Source: an uncultured Acidobacteriota bacterium (GTDB taxonomy: Bacteria; Acidobacteriota; Vicinamibacteria; Vicinamibacterales; SCN-69-37). Taken from it: a DNA stretch of 64,000 bases. Each line of letters begins with the position of its first letter. Position 1 is the stretch's first letter. Below are positions 45,347-57,432 of this stretch, one piece after another. The DNA lies in contig CAVSRY010000009.1 in NCBI GenBank assembly GCA_963730485.1, forward strand, positions 9,214 through 73,213, written 5' to 3'. The position numbers and the translations under genes are program-made. The notes under the pieces were generated by a model. It saw nothing but the letters and a program-made list of their open reading frames with translations. It made no database searches and was not told where the DNA came from.

Positions 45347-45401
45347 AAAGGGGTCGGGACGCTTTTTACGTCGAACGTAAAAAGCGTCCCGACCCCTTTT
45401 T
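45347..45401. terminator. bidirectional Rho-independent terminator (perfect 25-bp palindrome with A/T tracts on both sides)
   Basis: aaaaggggtcgggacgctttttacg tcgaa cgtaaaaagcgtcccgaccccttttt, between convergent rpsT and holA. Confidence 0.9.
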
Positions 45402-46437
45402 CAGCGCCAGCCCCGGGACGCCGGGAGCCGGCGTCCGGTCAGCTCGACCACGAGTCGTTCCAGGAGCACGCGCTCCTCGCCTCCTGAGCTCTTCAAGCGC
45501 CAGATCCGTCCGAAGCAGAGCGTCCATCGCCGGCTTCACGCGGGACGCGTCGCCCTCCGCCAGCCGTGAGGACACCCACCATCGCAACTGCCCGAGCAGT
45601 TGATGCGGCGAGTCGCCGCGGTCGAAGCGGCGCCCGGTCTCGACGAGGGCCCGCGCAGGGTCGCCGTCGGCGATGGCGTTGATGACCGCCCAGTCGTCGT
45701 CCACGGTCTGCTCATCGGCGACCACTTCCATCACATCGTCCGCCGAGATGCGCTTACGGCCCTCGGTGAAGAGCAGCAGCCGTTCAACATCGCCGCGCAG
45801 CTTCGTGATGTCGTGCCCGGCCCGCGACACGAGCAGGCGGGCGGCGTCGGCGTCGATGGCGCGCCCCGAGCGCGTCAGTTCCTCCTGAAGCCACTCCTGC
45901 GCCGTCCGGCGTCCCTCACGGCGCGCCGCGGCGCCGTCCGCGGCAAGTCCGCCGAACTCCACGATCGTCGCCTTCGCGATGAGCTTCTTCGTCAGGCGCC
46001 GCGACCGGTCCATGTCCGCCGCCACGAACACGAGCACGGTGGTATCGACGGGCGCGTCCAGATACTCCTCGAGCGGCTCGAGGTCGGGCGCCTCGCCCGA
46101 CGCGTCCTCGCTCGGCTTCCTCCTCGATCCCTTCGACAGGCTTCCCTGCCCTCTTCGGCTTCAGCAGGCGCTCCGCACGCAGCACGATCACGAGACGCCG
46201 ATCGCCGAGCATCGGCAGCCCGCGGGCCGACGACACGATATTCACCGGCGACCCGCTCGCCTCGCCCGCATACACGTGGTCGACGGCGAACGGCCGGTCG
46301 GCAGGATCGACCGTGCTTTCGATGGCGTCCACCATGCGATCGACGAGCTTCACGTCTTCGCCAACCAGCACATAGACCGGCGCAAGGCGGCGATCCGCCA
46401 CGTGCTTCTTGAGCGTGGCGAGGTCGATGGCAGGCAC
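45401..46437 (-). CDS. holA: DNA polymerase III subunit delta (at least 2 frame breaks)
   Basis: MPAIDLATLKKHVADRRLAPVYVLVGEDVKLVDRMVDAI...MLGDRRLVIVLRAERLLKPKR...; ...AIDADAARLLVSRAGHDITKLRGDVERLLLF.... The C-terminus ...LKSSGGEERVLLERLVVELTG...* is recovered in another frame. Confidence 0.8.
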
Positions 46438-46442
46438 GAGCG

Positions 46443-46990
46443 TTAGAACGCCTCGAAGATGGCGGTGACGACGTCGCGCGCGAAGCGCTTCGCGAGCCGC
46501 TCCTTCGCGTTGGGGTTCTGGGTGAAGAACGCGGTGACGTCGGTCAGGTTATTGTCGGTCGTCACCTGATATTCCTCGGCCACGCGGAACGAAGGATTCG
46601 ACCACAGCACGTTCTCGTTGTCGCGCATGTTCTTGAACTCGACGCTGGCGGTGACGATGATCGCAAACGCGGACGGCAATCGCTCCGGCGTGTAGGCGGT
46701 CGCGCGAAGCTCGACGGCGATCACGGTGCCGGTCAGCAGCCCATCCACACCCGACTCTTCCGGCTGCACGCGGTATTTCCCCTTGCTCTGGAATTCCGCG
46801 CGCACGGCGTCGCCGATCACGCGCTCGATCTCGGGCTCGATCGACTGATTCACGAAATACGGCACGCCGATGATGGTGATGTCCGCAGGCAGCGCGTTGC
46901 CACGGCCCGCCAGGGCGTAGCCGCATGACGAGGCCGCCAGACCGGCGACTGCCACACCGAAGGCCAGCGACAGCGAGACCAATCGGTCCG

Positions 46991-46994
<4 letters not shown>
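46443..46994 (-). CDS. lptE: LPS-assembly lipoprotein LptE
   Basis: Intact [35 protein letters not shown] has a lipobox and the LptE-like CG(Y/F)xL(R/A)G start. It sits between leuS and holA as in the classical leuS-lptE-holA arrangement. Its ATG overlaps the leuS stop (ATGA). Confidence 0.7.
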
Positions 46995-49548
<2,554 letters not shown>

Positions 49549-49569
49549 AACAGTAGGTAGGTTGACCTT

Positions 49570-50484
49570 TTACCTTAGCACGCTGATTGTGGCGTCCAGG
49601 CACGCCCGCAACGCGTCGAGGTGGTAACCGCCCTCGGTGACCCACGCCGTTCGTCCATGGCAATGTCGATCGGCCGCGTCTTTCAACAGGCCTGCGAGAC
49701 GCGAGTATCCCGACTCGGTGAGGCGCATGCCGGCGAGGGGATCGCGCGTGTGCGCGTCGTACCCGGCGGACACGAGAAGGATCTCCGGTTTGAACGCGTC
49801 AATCGCCGGAATCACCCGGCTCTCATACGCTCGGAGATAGACATCGTCGGTCGCACCGGCGGCAAGCGGCACGTTGAGCGTGGCGCCACGTCCCGCGCCC
49901 ACGCCGGTTTCTTCTGCGGCGCCGGTGCCCGGATAGTACGGAAACTGGTGACTCGAAATATAGAGGACCGTCGGGTCGTCGTAGAACGAGTTCTGCGTTC
50001 CGTTACCGTGGTGTACGTCGATGTCGACAATCGCGACGCGCTCGACGCCGCCGGCTCGAAGGGCCGCAGCCGCGACAGCGATGTTGTTCAACAGGCAGAA
50101 GCCCATGGCGCGGTCGGCTTCGGCGTGATGTCCGGGCGGACGGACCAGCGCAAACGTCGAGATGCCCGCGTCGTAGGCCTCGCGAGCGGCATCGACCGCG
50201 GCGCCGGCACCAAGCAGCGCGATCTCATGAGACTCCGGACTCGTAAACGTGTCCGGGTCGAGCATGGCCGCACGACCCGCCGTCTTCTGCAGCGCGTCGA
50301 GATAGTCGACGCTGTGAATACGGGTCAATTCCTCAACCGTGGCGGGCCGAGGGGGCCGCACCGTGCCGCCAGCTTGGGAGAAGGCCTCGGCCGTGGCGTC
50401 GAACACGCCGGCCCGCTCCGGACCTTCCGGGTGTCCGGGTGGGGTCGTGTGTTCGGCGAAACGGGGGGAGGAGTAGAGAATCAT
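49570..50484 (-). CDS. histone deacetylase-family (acetoin utilization/acetylpolyamine amidohydrolase-like) protein
   Basis: Intact ORF. ...FALVRPPGHHAEADRAMGFCLLNNIAVAA...VAIVDIDVHHGNGTQNSFYDDPTVLYISSHQFPYYPGTG.... I place the start at ATG 50484 (MILYSSPRF), because the ORF-track extension to 50541 is translated tandem repeat. Confidence 0.8.
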   Translation of the reverse strand: MILYSSPRFAEHTTPPGHPEGPERAGVFDATAEAFSQAGGTVRPPRPATVEELTRIHSVDYLDALQKTAGRAAMLDPDTFTSPESHEIALLGAGAAVDAAREAYDAGISTFALVRPPGHHAEADRAMGFCLLNNIAVAAAALRAGGVERVAIVDIDVHHGNGTQNSFYDDPTVLYISSHQFPYYPGTGAAEETGVGAGRGATLNVPLAAGATDDVYLRAYESRVIPAIDAFKPEILLVSAGYDAHTRDPLAGMRLTESGYSRLAGLLKDAADRHCHGRTAWVTEGGYHLDALRACLDATISVLR

Positions 50485-50486
50485 GT

Positions 50487-50520
50487 GGTCCGAGGGTCCG
50501 AGAGGTCCGAGCGGTTCGTG
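50487..50520. repeat. 9-nt tandem repeat (GGTCCGAGN) x about 4
   Basis: ggtccgagg gtccgagag gtccgagcg gttcgtgag lies in the 59-bp divergent spacer between the HDAC-like and MBL genes. Confidence 0.75.
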
Positions 50521-50543
50521 AGACGTTAGGATATGCGACAACG

Positions 50544-51435
50544 ATGACGCTCAGAATCCCCGTGATCGCGCTGGCAGCGATCGTTTCGTTCGCGCAAGGC
50601 CGGCCGTTCGATCGTGTCCGATCCGCCCATCACGTGCGACTCCTGCGAGGCGTGGAATGCGCCGCAGGCGCCGTTTCGCATCTTCGGGAACACGTACTAC
50701 GTCGGCACCGCCGGTCTCTCCGCGGTGCTCATCACGTCGGCCAACGGCCTTATTCTCCTGGACGCTGCGCTCCCGCAGTCGGCGCGATTGATCGATCAGA
50801 ACATTCGCGCGATGGGTTTCCGCACCGAGGACGTGAAACTGATCGTGAACTCGCACGCCCACTACGACCACGCCGGAGCCATTGCCGCACTCCAACGCGC
50901 GTCGGGCGCCGTCGTCGCGGCGAGTCCGTCGAGCGCCCGCGCGCTGGAGCAAGGCAAGCCGGTCTCCGACGACCCACAGGCTGGATCGAGTGCCTTTCCG
51001 CCGGCGAAATCCGTTCGCGTCGTGACTGACGGCGAGGTGTTGCGCATAGGCACGCTCGCGATCACCGCGCATTTCACCCCTGGCCACACCCCGGGCAGCA
51101 CGACGTGGACGTGGCGGTCCTGCGAGGGTTCGAGGTGTCTGAACCTCGTCTATGCCGACAGTCTGAACTCAGTGTCGTTGCCCGGCTTCCGGTTCACCGG
51201 CGACGCGACGCATCCGAGCCGCGTCGAGTCGTTCCGCCAGAGCATCGCGAAGGTGGCGGCTCTGCCCTGTGACATCTTGGTCACGGTTCATCCAGAGTTC
51301 GCCGGCATGTCGAAGAAGCTGGCCCTCCGCGCACAGCAACCGGAGACCAATCCCTTTATCGACACCAACGCCTGCCGCGTCTACGCGGCGACGGCGTCGA
51401 AATCGCTCGACCGCCGCATCGCTGAAGAGCAGTGA
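50544..51435 (+). CDS. subclass B3 metallo-beta-lactamase-like protein (frame break in signal peptide ~50600)
   Basis: MTLRIPVIALAAIVSFAQ (signal, other frame) then ...PFRIFGNTYYVGTAGLSAVLITS..GLILLDAAL...IVNSHAHYDHAGA (HxHxDH) ...TAHFTPGHTPGSTTW...ILVTVHPE.... This resembles L1/FEZ/THIN-B-type enzymes. Confidence 0.7.
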
Positions 51436-52037
51436 CCGCGTATGGAATCATGCTGAGATTCTGGGCACTCGTCGTCCTGTTTGGATCATTGACGATCTCC
51501 GGCTACTACCGCGTTCAGGCGAGGAAACTGAGCGGCGTGATCGAACGGAGACGCGAGGGCGGGCTTGTCCTGGCGGCGCGCGCGGCGGGCGGCCTCGGGG
51601 CATTCGGCTCCGTCCTTGCGCATGCACTGGTTCCGGGGGTCATGGGCTGGGCGACATTCACGGCCCCGGAGTGGGTGGCCTGGACCGGCGTCGTGACGGG
51701 AATGTTCGTGATCCCCGGAACGTACTGGGTCTTTTCGTCAATCGGCCGCAACGTCAGCGAGACCGTCCTGACCAAAGCGAGGCACGACCTGGTTCAACAC
51801 GGTCCGTACCGCTGGATACGGCATCCGCTCTACACGGTGGGCACTCTGCTGCTGTTCGCGCTCGGGCTGATACTGACGAGCTGGCTGGTCTTGCTCTTCG
51901 CGCTCGTCGCCTTCGTCGTGTTCAGATTTGTCGTCGTGCCGATTGAAGAGCGACAGCTGATTGCAAAATTCGGCGAAGACTATCGCGCATACAGACGCCA
52001 CACCGGCGCCATGCTTCCGCGAGTGTTGCCAACCTGA
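51432..52037 (+). CDS. isoprenylcysteine carboxyl methyltransferase (ICMT/PEMT-like) family membrane protein
   Basis: Intact ORF. ...HDLVQHGPYRWIRHPLYTVGTLLLFALGL...EERQLIAKFGEDYRAYRRHTGAMLP. GTG 51432 overlaps the MBL stop (GTGA). Confidence 0.75.
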   Translation: MTAYGIMLRFWALVVLFGSLTISGYYRVQARKLSGVIERRREGGLVLAARAAGGLGAFGSVLAHALVPGVMGWATFTAPEWVAWTGVVTGMFVIPGTYWVFSSIGRNVSETVLTKARHDLVQHGPYRWIRHPLYTVGTLLLFALGLILTSWLVLLFALVAFVVFRFVVVPIEERQLIAKFGEDYRAYRRHTGAMLPRVLPT

Positions 52038-52061
52038 CGTTCTGTGCTTTTGCCTTTTGCC

Positions 52062-52718
52062 TTACTCCAACATTCCCTTCGCCCGCTCCTCCAGCCGCGC
52101 AAGCGCGCGTTCCAACTCCTGCCGATGTCGCTCGATCGCCGACTCGTCGGCCTCCGTCGGCACGTCCATCGGATCGCCAATCGCGATCGCGACGTCGGAG
52201 CCGGGCTTCGGGACCTGGTGGCGATCCCAGCTGTTCACGCTCCAGAAAGACGCCGCCTCGATGTGAAAGGGCACGATCGGCTGGCCAGTCGCGCTGGCGA
52301 GCCAGATGGCGCCCGGCTGGGCCACGCGCTCCGGGCCCCGCGGACCGTCAATCGTGAACGCCGCAGGACGACCGGCACGCATCTCGCGCCGCAACTGCGC
52401 CAACGCGCGCGCACCACCGCGCGAGGTCGACCCGCGGGCCGTGTCGTAGCCGAATCTCCGAATGATTCGCGCGATCCATTCCCCGTCGAAGTTCTCGCTC
52501 GTGATGACGACGATTCCGCGATCGCGGAAGTAGAGGGTCGCGGTCAGAATCCGTCCGTGCCAGAAGGCGAAAATCGGCTGGCGCCCCTGCCGGGCGATGT
52601 CGTCGAGCACCTCTCGTCCGCGCTCGCGCCAGTTGTACGTCCCGCCCAGCGCTTCGATTACGGGGACGCCAACCGCCGAGATCGCGGCGACCTGCCAACG
52701 CCTGGATGTGGACAACAT
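52062..52718 (-). CDS. DUF374-type lysophospholipid acyltransferase family protein
   Basis: Intact ORF. ...QPIFAFWHGRILTATLYFRDRGIVVITSENFDGEWIARIIRRFGYDTARGSTSRGGARAL...AFTIDGPRGPER.... ATG 52718 overlaps the ETF-QO stop (TGATG). Confidence 0.6.
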   Translation of the reverse strand: MLSTSRRWQVAAISAVGVPVIEALGGTYNWRERGREVLDDIARQGRQPIFAFWHGRILTATLYFRDRGIVVITSENFDGEWIARIIRRFGYDTARGSTSRGGARALAQLRREMRAGRPAAFTIDGPRGPERVAQPGAIWLASATGQPIVPFHIEAASFWSVNSWDRHQVPKPGSDVAIAIGDPMDVPTEADESAIERHRQELERALARLEERAKGMLE

Positions 52719-54374
52719 CACATGCCGATGTAGCGAGGGCCCTCGCCGCCCTCCGGCGGGACCCAGTCGATGATCTGGTACGGGTCCATGATGTCGCACG
52801 TCTTGCAGTGAACACAGTTCGACGGGTTCAAATGCAGGCGCTTGCCGCCCTGTCCGTCATCCACCATTTCGTACACGTGCGCCGGGCAGAAGCGCGTGCA
52901 GGGGTTCGCATATTCGGCGACGCAGCGAGTCCGACAAATGTCGAGATCGTGCACGATGAGATGCGACGGCTGGTCCTCGCGATGACGGGTGCCGGAGTAG
53001 TGCACGCTCGTCACGCGATCGAAGGTCAACGTGCGATCGATGGTCGCGGCAGGCCTGGGATTATCGCCGGCGGCGATCGGATCCGTCGCGTTTCCTCATA
53101 TGCTCGTGACCGGCTCGCGATGGAACGGGATCTCGAAACCACCAGCCGCCGCTCACGAGCGACCATCCAGCGAACGCGAGGCCCGTGACGAGATGCTTCT
53201 CGAACATCTGGTGCACGTTTCTCACGGGATACAGTTCACGCCGAACGCCGCCGGCATCGATCGCATCCTGGTAGCCCTTCAGCGCGCCTTCTGACGTGTC
53301 GCCGGACCGGACGGCGCGGAACGCCGCGTCGGCCGCGAGCAAGCCAGTGCGCATGGCGAGGTGAATCCCCTTCAGCCGCATCGAGTTCAGGAACCCGCCG
53401 GCGTCGCCGGCGATCAATGCACCATCGAGGTGCACCTTCGGAATCGTGTGCCAGCCGCCCTCGGGTAAGGCCTTGGCGCCGTAGCGCACCCGTGCCCCGT
53501 CCTTCAGGAGCCCGGCCACGAGCGGATGTTGTTTGAACGTCTGGAACGCGAGGTACGGGTCGAACATCGGGTCCGGGTAGTCCAACCCCACGACGAGTCC
53601 GACCGACGCGAGGCCCTGCTCCAGCCCATACACAAAACCACCGCCGAATTCGCGTGGCGACAGCGGATAGCCCAACGTGTGGATCACCGCACCAGGGGCG
53701 AGGCGGCCAGCGGGCAGCTCCCAGAGTTCCTTCAGCCCGAGCGCGTAGACCTGCGGCAGACGTCCACGACCGAGATCGTGGTCCTTGATGAGGGTCTTTG
53801 TCAGATTGCCCCGAACGCCGTCACAGAAGATCGTGACCTTGGCTCGAACGTCGACGCCTGCCTGAAACGAGGTCCCCGGCTCGCCGTTCCGATTCAAGCC
53901 AAGGTCGCGGGTCCGGACGCCTGTGACACGCGGTCCATCGTGCAGCACCTCCGATGCCGAGATGCCCGTGATCAAATCCACGCCGCCGGCCTCCGCAACG
54001 CCTGCCAGCCATTTCACGAACGCATTGAGCGAAATGACGTAGTGCCCGTGATTGACCAGCGGAGGCGGCGTCCAGGGAAAGCGCCAACGGCGTTGGCGCG
54101 TCAGGAAGTACACCGCGTCGGTCGTGACCGGACACGAGAGGGGCGCACCGCGCTCCGCAAAGTCCGGCACGAGGTCCCGGAGCGCCGACGGATCCAGGAC
54201 CGCGCCTGAGAGCGCGTGCGCGCCTGGCTCAGGCGCCTTATCGAGCACGGCGACCGAAAGCGGCTCGCCACCCTCGGTCTTCTGCAATGTGGACAAACGA
54301 ATCGCGGCCGACAAGCCCGCGGGACCGCCACCGACGATCAGGACGTCGACATCCAGCTGTTCGCGTTCAGCCAC
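52718..54374 (-). CDS. electron-transfer flavoprotein:ubiquinone oxidoreductase (one frame break ~53060-53090)
   Basis: DVDVLIVGGGPAGLSAAIRL (FAD) ...VTIFCDGVRGNLTK...GGGFVYG...LIAGDAGGFLN.... The C-terminal 4Fe-4S part reads ...CPAHVYEMVDD...LHLNPSNCVHCKTCDIMDP...IDWVPPEGGEGPRY. Confidence 0.9.
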
Positions 54375-54394
54375 GCACGAATCATAGCGGGGGT

Positions 54395-55270
54395 TTATCT
54401 GCCGAAATAGCCTTCACGCGCGCGCACTTCGAAGTTGCCAGGTTTCGTCACCTTGACGGAGATGTCGTGCCAGCCTGACGCCGCGACGTCGGTTGGCGTG
54501 AAGTACAGCACGTAACTGTGCCGGAAGTCCTCGATGGCACGTTGGAACGCCGTGACGATGCCGCCCACGTTCTGCGTCGGCTGGTAGAGCGAGCCGCCGG
54601 TGCGCGCCGCGGCCGAAGCCAGCGCTCCGATCGCTCCCACTGACGGCAGGTCGGTGCCCGACGGTCTCACAAGCGCAATGTGCACGATCGAATCCGTATG
54701 GCTCGCCAGTTCGGGCAGCGCGCCGTAGCCGAGGATGCTCGACGTGTCGTAGCCGTCGGTGAACACGAACACCAGGTGCCGCCGGTCCGATCTGAGCGCG
54801 CGCGCCAGCGCGAAGGCGAGCGCGTCGGCGAGCGACGTCGTGTCGCCCAGCTGAATCTGTTGCACTGGAGGCCGCTCGGACGGTGCCTGCATCGCCAGAA
54901 TCTGCCGGACCTCCGCATCGAACGTGATCAACCGAATCTGCTCATTCGGCTGAAGCTGACCGACGATGGCCTGCACCTCACTGCGGAACAGCGGCAGGCT
55001 GTTGATCACGCTGCTGCTGGTGTCCACGACCAGCGTGACGTCGATCGGAACGGAGTCCGACGACACCAACCCCAAGGTCTGCGTGACGCCACGATCGGTC
55101 AGTGCGAAGTCCGATGATTGCAGCTCTCCCACCGTGCCGCCACCGGCGCGGACGGACACGTAGACCGGCACGACACCGGTGCTGGCGCTGAACACGGGTC
55201 CCTGCGCGCGTGGTGACGCCGATATCGCGATCGCGACGCCCGCGGTCAGGGCGACGAAGGTGCGCCTCAT
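54395..55270 (-). CDS. secreted VWA-domain protein (VWFA-related acidobacterial-type)
   Basis: Intact ORF. Signal peptide MRRTFVALTAGVAIAISASPRAQG. ...IDVTLVVDTSSSV (MIDAS DxSxS) ...ITFDAEV...GDTTSLADAL...LVFVFTDGYDT.... Confidence 0.7.
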   Translation of the reverse strand: MRRTFVALTAGVAIAISASPRAQGPVFSASTGVVPVYVSVRAGGGTVGELQSSDFALTDRGVTQTLGLVSSDSVPIDVTLVVDTSSSVINSLPLFRSEVQAIVGQLQPNEQIRLITFDAEVRQILAMQAPSERPPVQQIQLGDTTSLADALAFALARALRSDRRHLVFVFTDGYDTSSILGYGALPELASHTDSIVHIALVRPSGTDLPSVGAIGALASAAARTGGSLYQPTQNVGGIVTAFQRAIEDFRHSYVLYFTPTDVAASGWHDISVKVTKPGNFEVRAREGYFGR

Positions 55271-56406
55271 CGGAGCGCCTCTCTGAGCTGACGGACCAGG
55301 CGGGGGTATTCAGAGAAATCACCGACGTAGTACGTGCGCCAGGGATCCGAGGGCGCGACGTCGGCGACCAGAAACTCCTCCGCAGCCGCCTCGGCCTCGG
55401 ATAGCTGATCGCTCTTCACGAGGAGCGCGACCAGAAGAGACGTTGCAGACTGTGCCCGCGGGACGAAACCGAGCGCGGCGCGGTAGGCGACTGCGGCCTC
55501 TTGCGTCCGCCCCAGGGCTCCCAAGGTCCACCCTGAGAATAGGTGCCCCAGATACCGTACGGGCACATTCTTGGTGAGCGACGGCAACCGGTCGAAATGC
55601 CCGAGCGCGGCGTCAGACTGGCCTTGCCGCAAGCGGACGTGGCCCAGCCGCAGGGTCGCTTCGGCAGCCAGCGTCTCGTGTGACGTCAGGCGCTCGAGCA
55701 GCCCAGCCGCTCGCTCCAGGTCGGCCGTGCGTTCGGCCAAGCGCGGCCCCCCGGCCTCGAGCCGCTGGGCGGCGATTGCGTCCCATCCAGTCGTGCTCTG
55801 AGAAAGGGTCGCCGATAGCCGGTCCGGCGTGTTCGCCGCCGACCTCTCCGCCCCGAGGGCCTCCGCCATCTGAAAGTGGGGGTCGTCCGGGAACCGTGTG
55901 CGCGCGAATCGAATGTGCGCGGTCGGCGCCGCTCCAGGCTTGCCGGACGCCGTGGTCTGGCCAACCCCCTCGACGAGGAAGGTCCATCGACCAAGCCCCT
56001 CGGAGATGGCGATTGACGCGCGCAGCCACAACGCCTCGATCGCACGCGGCGGCTGACGGCTCAACACGCCCCGCGCCCAGTTGAGCATCGCCGGCAGCAC
56101 GCCCTGCCGGACACCCGCGTACTCGAGGGCGTAGAGCGCCGCAGCGAGCTGCCGCCGCTCTACCTGCGGCTGCCCGCTGGCGGTGATCCAGCGCTCAGCG
56201 TCCTCGAAATTGAAACGCGCCAGCTTCGGCGGACTGCCGACCGCCGCCTCGTAGTCACCCTTCAGGTACTGGTCGAGTGCTTCTCGTGTGGTGGGACCGC
56301 GCGGAACCGATCCGGACTTCGCCGGCGCAGGTGGCGTCTGGGCAACGCTGACAGGTGCCAGGGCGAGCAGCCCTGCGACAAGCGCGCATGCCACGACGAC
56401 CCGCAT
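55267..56406 (-). CDS. secreted helical-repeat (TPR-like) protein of unknown function
   Basis: Intact 379-aa ORF. Signal peptide MRVVVACALVAGLLALAPVSVAQ. Ala/Leu-rich helical repeats, e.g. ...LRLGHVRLRQGQSDAALGHFDRL...GRTQEAAVAYRAALGF.... Its stop overlaps the VWA gene start (ATGA). Confidence 0.5.
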   Translation of the reverse strand: MRVVVACALVAGLLALAPVSVAQTPPAPAKSGSVPRGPTTREALDQYLKGDYEAAVGSPPKLARFNFEDAERWITASGQPQVERRQLAAALYALEYAGVRQGVLPAMLNWARGVLSRQPPRAIEALWLRASIAISEGLGRWTFLVEGVGQTTASGKPGAAPTAHIRFARTRFPDDPHFQMAEALGAERSAANTPDRLSATLSQSTTGWDAIAAQRLEAGGPRLAERTADLERAAGLLERLTSHETLAAEATLRLGHVRLRQGQSDAALGHFDRLPSLTKNVPVRYLGHLFSGWTLGALGRTQEAAVAYRAALGFVPRAQSATSLLVALLVKSDQLSEAEAAAEEFLVADVAPSDPWRTYYVGDFSEYPRLVRQLREALR

Positions 56407-56420
56407 GACCGACTCGTCAT

Positions 56421-56489
56421 CCTTTCAGCGCCCGCTTGAACGGCTGGCTTTCAGCGCCGCTTCAACGGCTCGCTTTCAGCGCCGCGACC
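56421..56489. repeat. about 25-nt direct tandem repeat x2.6 spanning the etfA stop codon
   Basis: cctttcagcgcccgcttgaacggctgg / ctttcagcgccgcttcaacggctcg / ctttcagcgccgcgacc. The last copies encode the etfA C-terminus (AALKASR*) on the minus strand. Confidence 0.8.
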
Positions 56490-57430
56490 ATCGCGGGCAC
56501 GACCTCGAAGAGGTCCCCAACGATACCGTAGTCGGCCACCTCGAAGATCGGCGCTTCAGGATCTTTGTTGATCGCCACAATCGTCCGCGCGCCCTTCATG
56601 CCGACGATGTGCTGAATCGCGCCGGAGATGCCGAGCGCGATGTACAGCCGCGGCGCCACAGTCTGTCCCGAACTGCCAATCTGACGGTCCATGGGCAGCC
56701 AGCCGGCGTCACAGACCGGCCGGGACGCCGCGACCTCGGCGCCAAGGCCTTCGGCGAGCGCGCGCGCAAGCTCCAGGTGCTCCGGCGCTTTGATGCCGCG
56801 TCCGACAGCCACGATGCGGTCGGCCTGCGACAAGTCGACGGTCTGGCGGGCTTCGCGAATCGCGGGCTCGGGACGCTGTCGAACCTTGGATGAGTCCACA
56901 TCCGCATCGACACGCGTGACGGCCGCCGCGGCAGTCGCCTTTTTCGCTTCGTCAGCGCGAAATGCGCCGACCTGGCAGGTGACGAGACCGGGCGGCGGTC
57001 CGTCGAGGACGACGTCGGCGTTCAACTTACCGCGGAACATCGGCCGCGTGAAGCGGACGCCGTCAGCGGCGGCAGCAATCGCAGTGCAATCGGTGACGAG
57101 GCCGCGGCTCAGCCTCGCGGCAAGGGCCGGCACGAAATCCCGGCTGCGATACGTGTGGGAAAACACGACCCACTCAACTGAACGCTGCGAGATGAATGCA
57201 GCGAGCGCACCCACGAAGGCGTCGGCCGTGTACTCCACCAGCGCCGAATGCACGAGCGCCGTCACGTTCGCGACGTCGTACGCGGACACCTCGCGACAGG
57301 CATCCTCGATGTCGTGACCAGGGACGACGACTTCCACTGGGCCGCCGAATCGACTCGCTGCAACGATGGCCTCGACCGAAACCGGGTGCAACCCATGCTC
57401 ACGTGTTTCGGCAACGACAAGAATTGCCAT
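56462..57430 (-). CDS. etfA: electron transfer flavoprotein subunit alpha
   Basis: Intact 322 aa. MAILVVAETREHGL...; ...IVAVGRGIKAPEHLELARALAEGLGAEVAASRPVCDAGWLPMDRQIGSSGQTVAPRLYIALGISGAIQH..GM.... Confidence 0.9.
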   Translation of the reverse strand: MAILVVAETREHGLHPVSVEAIVAASRFGGPVEVVVPGHDIEDACREVSAYDVANVTALVHSALVEYTADAFVGALAAFISQRSVEWVVFSHTYRSRDFVPALAARLSRGLVTDCTAIAAAADGVRFTRPMFRGKLNADVVLDGPPPGLVTCQVGAFRADEAKKATAAAAVTRVDADVDSSKVRQRPEPAIREARQTVDLSQADRIVAVGRGIKAPEHLELARALAEGLGAEVAASRPVCDAGWLPMDRQIGSSGQTVAPRLYIALGISGAIQHIVGMKGARTIVAINKDPEAPIFEVADYGIVGDLFEVVPAMVAALKASR

Positions 57431-57432
57431 GG

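Noticed and set aside
50544-51435. B3 metallo-beta-lactamase as a horizontally acquired resistance island
   Set aside because: It has no flanking IS, integrase, tRNA or compositional break visible by eye. It is embedded among housekeeping genes and is probably intrinsic.
56406-56462. Programmed stop-codon read-through extending EtfA by 14 residues
   Set aside because: The in-frame extension is simply the degenerate tandem copy of the gene's own 3' end. Nothing suggests a recoding signal.
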